Source: an uncultured virus (IMG/VR IMGVR_UViG_3300032226_000438) (lineage: Duplodnaviria; Heunggongvirae; Uroviricota; Caudoviricetes; Crassvirales). From it: 64,000 nt of DNA. Below, in pieces: positions 58,601 through 64,000 of the stretch (its first letter is position 1; the number at the start of each line of letters is the position of its first letter). A program made the translations under genes and the position numbers. The stretch lies in IMG/VR virus record IMGVR_UViG_3300032226_000438. One strand, 5' to 3'. Under the pieces are notes generated by a model, which worked only from the letters and a program-made list of their open reading frames with translations, had not been told where the DNA came from and did not search any database.

Positions 58601-61600
58601 TTAACAAACTTTTCTACATTAAAATCTTTACCATCACCATATTTTTCTTTTAATTCTTTAAGAGATATATTAACATCTTCAACTAGTATCTTATTATACA
58701 TAGTTATGATTGCATCTTTAGTAGTTACTTTACCAGCTATATTAAATGTAGCATCATCAGGAATATCAGCCATTATCAGTTTCATTAGCTGAGTACCATA
58801 AATACTTTCTTTACTAAAGTGTCCTTTAGGTGTTTCATTTTGTTTCTTCCAGAATCTAAATGGTACTGTAATAGTATGACCTTTCATATTACTATCAACT
58901 GGAGCATACATATTATTTCTATCATCTGTGATATCAGTACTTGGGTCTTCTGTTTTATCTGAAATAGGTAATCCTACTTTTACAGCAGTATTAAATACTA
59001 CTAAATCTGAAATCCTTTTATTTTCAACATATTTTACAGTATGTGTAGTATCATTAAATTCGTAACCAAATTTATTTTGTAATATGTTTCTATAAAAAGC
59101 ATTGTAATTAGGATTATCTATAAATTCACCTTTTTCATTTTTAAGTTTTTGTAAACCATAATAAGGAGTTATCAGCATTTCTGAATCCTTTATTTGAAAT
59201 GGTTCATTATAAAAGCTCTTATTATCCTCTCTTTTAATACCACTACCATTATAAAAATAAAATGGTTTTATAGTTGTAAATCTTGAATCTGTACTTACTT
59301 TATTATTAGCTACATTATAACCCACAATTGAATTTCCAATCATAAGTTCATCCATTATAAGTTGGTCTGCATCAGTCCAATCTCTTAAACCTACCATTCT
59401 TTGTCTATAAGCAATAGGGTCTATATATGCTTGAGCATCAGTTTCTGAAGTATTATCAAATTGTGTTAATACATCTTGTTTTCTAATACTTAATAATGCT
59501 TGTTCAATTTCTCTATACTGTGGGTCTTGTGTAAAGAAATCATCTACATCATTAAGTATAGTAATTCTCATTTCTGTATCATCCTTTAATATAACTTTAT
59601 CAGCTGTATTCTTAGGATTAGTATATGATGCAGTCATATCCATATCTATACCTGGAGATATGTTTTGTTTAGCTCTTTTAAATACTTCTTCAATACGAGG
59701 ATAGTATGATGGGTCATTAATAGTTAATAGTGTAATGTTTACATAAGATGCAGTAAATCTTTTAAGAAAATTATTTATTTCTTTTTTAGTATGAAGTATA
59801 TTATCTGCTTTAATTTTATTTAAAAAATCTGTTCTTTCTTTAGGAGTTAACTTAAGACCTGGTTTTATAAACGGTTTAGCATATCCTTGTATTTTTGATT
59901 TTAATAAACCTTCATTATCTATTATATCTAAACTCGTAAGATATTTAATAAACTCATTAGAACTTTCTTCAAAGTATTTATCAAATGCTTTCTTTACATT
60001 AAACTCATTAAATTCAAGTTTATCTTCTTTAAGAATTTTATCTATAGCTTTAAAGATTACATATTCTGAACCATTTTTTCTATAACTTTTAACGTCTCTA
60101 TCTCTATTTCCTATAGATTCAATTCTATCTTTTTCAAATAACATTAAGTTATATAACTCTTTATCTATATCAATATTTCTACCAATAGGTACAACATTAT
60201 TTACAAACACCATATTACCTGAATCTCCTGGTACTGGTACTGGATAACTATTTTCTTTGTGCATTGATAACAACATTTCAGCTGCTAACTTTTTATCTAA
60301 CTTTCCAATAGTTGTTCCTTTATCATTATATTGGTCATCATAACCAATAACTTGTATTACTTCAAATCTATCATCTCTATTAAGTACAGGAAGTTTTTTA
60401 AATAAAGGGTCTTTTCTTAGTTTATCAAAATGTTCTTCTGTATTATTTTGTACATAACCAATAAAGTTACCAGTAGTATCTTGATACTGCATAGTCTTTT
60501 CTACAGTCATGTGTACAGCATTGCTTGACTTTGGTATATACTTTACTAATTCACGAATAAGTTCTTTAGTTGTAAATCTATATTTTTCATTATCAAGACC
60601 TTTTTCTCTTGTATCAAAAGTATAAGTATTTTTACCATAATTATATCTTTTATAAAAATCATCATCACTTAAAGAATTATATATTTCTAAATTCTTATCA
60701 TATCTAAGTAGTATTTGAGTAAGTATAGTTTCAAATTCTTTTATTTTACTTAAATCAATCTTTTCTTTATTACTTAACATTAAAGCATTTACTATATCTT
60801 TATACTTATATTCAGTCTTAGTTTTAATACCAGCATTAAGCATTGTAGATATAATATTCTCTGCTGATTGTCTATTTGATAATACAGGATATATACTTTG
60901 TTTTTTATCTTTTATAACAGTTTTATAAGTAACTCTAATTTTATTACCAATAGCTACATATAGTTGTCCATATAATTCATCAGCATTTTCACTATTATCA
61001 ATATATGATTTAAGTCTTTTTATATACTCTATAGACTTAGAATATAATCCCATATTATATTTTAAATCATCAACATTTTTAGAGTTAACTAACTTATCTA
61101 CAGTCATAGCATAAGCTGTATTAAGTTTATAATTAAGATTAATATTTAAACCTAAATTATCTTTTTCATCACTAATAATAGACTGTAATAATATTTTAGT
61201 ATTCTTATTTAATGTAGTAGTAGGAAACTGGAATGTCTTAACTATTGACCATGCTTCTTTAGAATCTTTTTCTTCTTCTACTATTGAAATATCTTCTGAA
61301 TCTTCATGAGAATATGATTCATTTTCTATATCAACATTGTATCCATAGACTTTTAGTCCTTTAAGAATAGTAGAATAAAGTTTTCCAGAATCAGGTTTTA
61401 CTTTGGTGTTTTTTACTAACACAAACTCGTTCTCTTCAGTAAGTTCTATAGCTTGTATATCAGGTCTTAATGATTTTACAAGTTTTACTACAGTAGTAAG
61501 ATTAGCAGCATTAGTTTTTTCTAATAACAATAATACTAATTCATTTAAAAAGAAATTCTTTTCTGTTGAACCTTTAATAATAGATATTAATTTATTAGGG

Positions 61601-63999
61601 TCATCGAAATCCAACTTCTTTTCTTGTATTGCTAATGCTAATAATGCTCTACTTGCATCAGCTAATGTAACTTGGTCTAATTCAGGTTCATTATCTAAGA
61701 AGTAAGCATCATCTACTTTACTATAAAACTCTCTTATTAATTTATTATTAGTATTTAATTCTATTTTTAAATCTTCTATATAATTATATAATACACTAAA
61801 GTCTTTAATCCTTTCGCTATTATACATAGCATCTCTAATAAATTCAGCATCACTTAAATACTTTTTTCTTAAATCCTTTATTGTACTATTATTAGTATTT
61901 TTAAGAATATGTGCTATTACATTATATTTATCTAAATCATTAATACTACTTAAAGACCTTACAAATTCATTAAATGATTCAGTATAACTTACATCACTTT
62001 TATCTTGAAATTTGTTAGTTATCTCTGCAACAAACTGTGGTACTTCAGTAGATTGACTTCTATAATATGTTTCATAATTTAATGGTTTTCTAATACTCTT
62101 TTTAACATCATCATCTAATATTAAAAATCTACTAGTATATACTCTATCTGTTTCTTCATAAAATAATCCTTCTGCTATTAATGGTTCTTCTTTTATTGCT
62201 TCATCAAAATCTCCAGTAATAGGTTTAGAAGGTGTTGTTCCAAATACATATTGTACATTAACATAAGGGTCTCTATCTACATTAGTTATGAGATATTCAG
62301 ACATTAATTTCTCACGATAATCTCTTTTAGATACTAAATCTTCAAAGTTAATTACCATGTTTTTATCATTAATATTATATTTATTAATGAAATCATCATA
62401 ACCTTTAATACTATTAACAAAATCAGTAGGAGTACTATATGTAAAATTAGTATAGTTATTTAATATTTCATCTATTACTCCTTTTAATTTAGATTCATTT
62501 AAATAAACACCTTCAACAATACTACTACTTTCTGCTAATTCAATAAGTTCAGTTATTTTATTTTTTAATCCTTTTTTATATTCTTTTGGTGCGTCATTAT
62601 ACTTTTTTAATGTTGCTGGAAGAATTACTGTTTTACCTAATTTATCAGATGTTTTATAGAATACTCTAAACTTATCTTCATAAGCATCTGTATTATATTC
62701 ATTTAATATATCATTTTCTTCATTTGTTAAATTCTTTTGTGCAATAATTTCTTTTTTATTAATAACATATACTGTAGGTCTTTGTGTCTTACTATTTATT
62801 CTTTCACTTACAGCTTCATAATCTTTTGTTACATTTAATCCTGTAGTTCTTGCTCCTGTAAACTTTACTCTATCATAATCTATTTCAACTAATTTACCAC
62901 TTGATAAATCTACATTACTAGCTAATGACTCTATTTCATTTCTTATGAAATTAGACATCATAATATTTCTTCTAGCTCTAGGTTTATTATCATCATTTTC
63001 TGTAGTATAAGCATATATAGATTGCTTTAATGTATTCATTAAACCGACTGGAATATATTGAGGTATATCTTGTGAAGTATCTTTATAAGCTAATACAATA
63101 TTTAAATTTCCTTTCTCTGATTTGTGAAGTAATATAGTAGCACTCTTTTTAAATAAATCTTTTTTAGCTTTATTTGTATATAATTCTTCAAATTGTGAAC
63201 GAGTATAATTAGTACCAAGTGTTTCACCATCTAATGTTACAACACCTCTAGCCATTAAATTACCAATAATATTATTTAATCCATCATCATCAGTTGCAAT
63301 TCTAGGATAAAAACTTCCATATATAGCTTCATCTACTGATTCAGCACCAAAGTAATCACCTCTTACAACTAATGTAGAATCTTTGTACGGATTATAAGTT
63401 ATATCACTATCTATAAGTCCACTATATTGAAATGAATATTTTGATTCAGCAGTACTAATTTCATCATCAGATAATGGTGTTATACCTTCAGTCATAAAGT
63501 TTGTTAAATCATCACCATAATTTATAAACTCTACTTTTCTTACAAACTCCTCATCATTTAATAAACTCTCATATATAGTTTTATTCTCTAGTATATGAGA
63601 ATTAGCATTCTTAGGATTTTCATCACTTGTTGGGTCTGATAATATAATAAAATTATCAACTATAGAATATAATTTTGGATTAGAAACTATTAGAATTTTA
63701 TTAGGGTCTTTAGTTTTTAATATTTGTTCTACTTCAGGAATAGAATACTTATCATAATCTAAATAAATAATATCTTCACTTCCAATATCATTTATAAATT
63801 TATCTACATTAACTCCTGGTGAAACATATACAATACTGCCAATATATTTATTCTTTAATTTTCTAAAAGAACCTTTTGTTTTAAGATTTGTAATATCACG
63901 TTTTACTCCTTTCTTTACAACTCCTAAGTCTTTTAATTCCTGAATATCTGTATCAGTTATTTCAGGTTGTTCAGCTGCATTTGTAAGTAATGGTATTAA
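52630..63999 (-). CDS. Giant virion RNA polymerase polyprotein (5' end outside window) with C-terminal RecD-like helicase
   Basis: ETDAQAY, YRIPTEDKYSM, GLDFDIDKMF (DxDxD, about 58054-58071); frame read by hand stays open from 63495 to the window end; helicase motifs GRAGTGKT, DEMSM, GDHGQLPP, YAITVHKSQG, YTASSRA. Confidence 0.85.
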   Translation of the reverse strand, partial: LIPLLTNAAEQPEITDTDIQELKDLGVVKKGVKRDITNLKTKGSFRKLKNKYIGSIVYVSPGVNVDKFINDIGSEDIIYLDYDKYSIPEVEQILKTKDPNKILIVSNPKLYSIVDNFIILSDPTSDENPKNANSHILENKTIYESLLNDEEFVRKVEFINYGDDLTNFMTEGITPLSDDEISTAESKYSFQYSGLIDSDITYNPYKDSTLVVRGDYFGAESVDEAIYGSFYPRIATDDDGLNNIIGNLMARGVVTLDGETLGTNYTRSQFEELYTNKAKKDLFKKSATILLHKSEKGNLNIVLAYKDTSQDIPQYIPVGLMNTLKQSIYAYTTENDDNKPRARRNIMMSNFIRNEIESLASNVDLSSGKLVEIDYDRVKFTGARTTGLNVTKDYEAVSERINSKTQRPTVYVINKKEIIAQKNLTNEENDILNEYNTDAYEDKFRVFYKTSDKLGKTVILPATLKKYNDAPKEYKKGLKNKITELIELAESSSIVEGVYLNESKLKGVIDEILNNYTNFTYSTPTDFVNSIKGYDDFINKYNINDKNMVINFEDLVSKRDYREKLMSEYLITNVDRDPYVNVQYVFGTTPSKPITGDFDEAIKEEPLIAEGLFYEETDRVYTSRFLILDDDVKKSIRKPLNYETYYRSQSTEVPQFVAEITNKFQDKSDVSYTESFNEFVRSLSSINDLDKYNVIAHILKNTNNSTIKDLRKKYLSDAEFIRDAMYNSERIKDFSVLYNYIEDLKIELNTNNKLIREFYSKVDDAYFLDNEPELDQVTLADASRALLALAIQEKKLDFDDPNKLISIIKGSTEKNFFLNELVLLLLEKTNAANLTTVVKLVKSLRPDIQAIELTEENEFVLVKNTKVKPDSGKLYSTILKGLKVYGYNVDIENESYSHEDSEDISIVEEEKDSKEAWSIVKTFQFPTTTLNKNTKILLQSIISDEKDNLGLNINLNYKLNTAYAMTVDKLVNSKNVDDLKYNMGLYSKSIEYIKRLKSYIDNSENADELYGQLYVAIGNKIRVTYKTVIKDKKQSIYPVLSNRQSAENIISTMLNAGIKTKTEYKYKDIVNALMLSNKEKIDLSKIKEFETILTQILLRYDKNLEIYNSLSDDDFYKRYNYGKNTYTFDTREKGLDNEKYRFTTKELIRELVKYIPKSSNAVHMTVEKTMQYQDTTGNFIGYVQNNTEEHFDKLRKDPLFKKLPVLNRDDRFEVIQVIGYDDQYNDKGTTIGKLDKKLAAEMLLSMHKENSYPVPVPGDSGNMVFVNNVVPIGRNIDIDKELYNLMLFEKDRIESIGNRDRDVKSYRKNGSEYVIFKAIDKILKEDKLEFNEFNVKKAFDKYFEESSNEFIKYLTSLDIIDNEGLLKSKIQGYAKPFIKPGLKLTPKERTDFLNKIKADNILHTKKEINNFLKRFTASYVNITLLTINDPSYYPRIEEVFKRAKQNISPGIDMDMTASYTNPKNTADKVILKDDTEMRITILNDVDDFFTQDPQYREIEQALLSIRKQDVLTQFDNTSETDAQAYIDPIAYRQRMVGLRDWTDADQLIMDELMIGNSIVGYNVANNKVSTDSRFTTIKPFYFYNGSGIKREDNKSFYNEPFQIKDSEMLITPYYGLQKLKNEKGEFIDNPNYNAFYRNILQNKFGYEFNDTTHTVKYVENKRISDLVVFNTAVKVGLPISDKTEDPSTDITDDRNNMYAPVDSNMKGHTITVPFRFWKKQNETPKGHFSKESIYGTQLMKLIMADIPDDATFNIAGKVTTKDAIITMYNKILVEDVNISLKELKEKYGDGKDFNVEKFVKVLQEEMSEDTINMQKALEFTYDEDGNLITSLPLAHPFVTNRVQPKTNAIFKNNVTVRKFVKGFKAANASSYGFKNKPRIVWNVDKNGIETPALGIDHFEIIAPIHDKKIYEFVDKVSKTVDMDALRSTYPELLEGLLYRIPTEDKYSMFKVKIVGFLPNDDSAIIMPPMVTALSGLDFDIDKMFGFFKSTELKYEDYINEVYFKSKSKAKNQLINNITSQYGNDRNNYPEEILKEYNSIVDKYNNEYTNVLREGSTAYNNAMIAYNMYNNSLKSDNTKLDIMRAVLSHPTTLKSQLIPGGFKVIEDAVLNMRFYDMLDENQEFIDKNVTVDIFDKKTDNDKKSILNGNARTFIDPSLWIDTVMAMNVGKDMTGIAANHNAARAIIQQSGIKLLDTLTIKHAGKLENIKVDLSSIYDFNNENTIVRAFSTILSAVVDNGKNPLISYFGLNPSNANIAMAALHLGYPLEDVIYFNKAFTNMLSKSMLTPEQKKLIAADVDKGNNVTIDIDMNSIIKYIKNRKNIEINDVKAGAELLEIEKIIYRNYYILEQLGKEFNDIVTYIQRGNRGGKPTYFENYIDIVNYNNYVKNPEVKYFDVESIKNHFGDEKMFTTRFNMFINEQNDIVNKLLSLPEFFNSDLKELTSFRTLIESRNFIKKIDDKILGKLYNALYYKATVESQSDYFNKMDSQLKSLNEEAFLKIKSKYADNLFINALQIDKSYVGEGLKLQVLSVDFKDKDQQDRITQDWRNLLKSNNDDAKFVGELLAVYSLRTTGFDTTRDSFNHLIPVEFYTDVLKNYSKLLNNKIVELVNNPATGVNVLNMILDKYNFPKNTFNNNNVSVDREENTKEITLLGKRSGDIEVSPLYYNIYNDVMDDYNNVIIVDDNKAFEEEDVNELGSELNPIIVSGFQGYKGGFDNTGKGTPEGDGKDKAMRNIADGFIGEIIDINGLTSTNTSYDILRKKSLKKYGSSYGIGNSKNDSSDYYSIATYQKNQKDIIMLARNKELANKPLNESTKLNIDIINKSGGEFIVGDMPGVDSQFIDYLQEIGAKFTIYHTGDTPRIKIKQTEKQDKKPVVSPKIDTSREWKGDLESRPVYTNEGINTMRTSAALPNEHFGNPFSEAGYGNTIKVDTIADAVIAYKDWLLGTKHNNVNPEQREWIINQINQGKLDGATLLYAGKSEARGQGMHPTALVEVFDILRNTIKEDTTKTKDSLADLKGAQLDAAKKIISQFDSKNSESLLLLGRAGTGKTYMLASALEHIVNNLKPGEKLNIVGSALANAAKNQLAESLSAKKLKVENIEINYHSVASLLNSVKTEFGTQQTGKSSKIMKYRKDRTVLIIDEMSMLSEKDFNRIENDADGKVLVIYAGDHGQLPPISIPFDLKSKIKPENILHLTTPQRQKKGSPILDYLDPIWEHATEQSKPANYIDIPNILTSSGGIATINLNDSIDNIAELYKKAVAEKNVNYVQYITYANKDVDDFNAKIREKIFGENVEDFVENDFVTFYNGYEVTDINEETGEPLVIDNGTRGVIVKVKEDYTLNLTDLNNKSISFKGKTYTVRYKYNNITMESDVNILNLSERKRFENFKEAIIRKQDVTKPITVLDRNKYKDNLKFDFGNQHSSDKVEIAKFFELVSKASQVANLKHGYAITVHKSQGMTTDVAIYNKEKTDNILDIINKNKTSVKDKKDSLLLRDKTHYTASSRAKHLMLIVEGKGSNINEQGSFVDIVDKIKSETQEKVELTVSDKKPSTPSTKDSKVDVKGTLPKKGFNSLYITKKTTNKKTNGKYKLMDSKNTIVDLTHIYTGIKYDNKKFTVGNKSYTLPELTKSLGYKGRIPQQLLKAIFEGNVFVYSLKKYTPPKESTTTTPPTTTKPPKSEKPKEVVIDMTKQFEMYGEKFIPYSEGVDLIYAINTSDNSNVSIRKSDYKPKKTDISIEANEQDKFGYIRIKSNNVIYVIDDEGKIEVYINTLNTGKTYRTLNDTYFNKCKQ

Positions 64000-64000
64000 C

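Noticed and set aside
827..61705. Short antisense ORFs in the track (e.g. 827-1051, 1700-1915, 3162-3437, 9376-9597, 11452-11724, 15816-16043, 22279-22554, 25675-26037, 56024-61705 set)
   Set aside because: They lie opposite well-supported genes and have Ser/Leu/Ile/Phe-rich shadow composition.
1..64000. Stop-codon reassignment as in some crAss-like phages
   Set aside because: Genes up to 11 kb are uninterrupted in code 11, and TAG and TGA both end genes at tight operon junctions.
63495..64000. ATG at 63495 as the RNAP start
   Set aside because: The frame remains open to the window end, so the true start lies outside.

Overview
64 kb internal segment of a strongly AT-rich crAss-like (Crassvirales-type) phage genome. 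It probably infects a Bacteroidota host (TAnnTTTG promoters, no Shine-Dalgarno motifs) and reads in the standard code 11. There are three blocks. (1) 1-13.2 kb, minus strand: head and packaging module (major capsid partial, acidic scaffold-like protein, portal, terminase, amidase, GroES-like, HU/IHF-like and small basic xxGG proteins). (2) 13.2-45.2 kb, plus strand: a strand-switch/origin-like region; early cassettes with a repeated 18-bp promoter-like motif; two paralogous Csx20-like proteins; many structured non-coding elements, including five tRNA-like RNAs with no usable anticodon; then PolB, SF2 helicase, DnaB-like helicase, AAA ATPase, primase, a degenerate UDG, a Ubl/E2/JAB/E1 cassette, nucleases and nucleotide-metabolism genes. 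(3) 45.3-64 kb, minus strand: giant virion cargo proteins, including a >=3789-aa DFDID-type virion RNA polymerase fused to a RecD-like helicase. The best candidates for undescribed biology are the anticodon-masked tRNA mimics, the duplicated ring-nuclease-like genes with flanking repeated RNA motifs, and the phage ubiquitin-like cassette. All family assignments come from motif recognition by eye; no database search was run.
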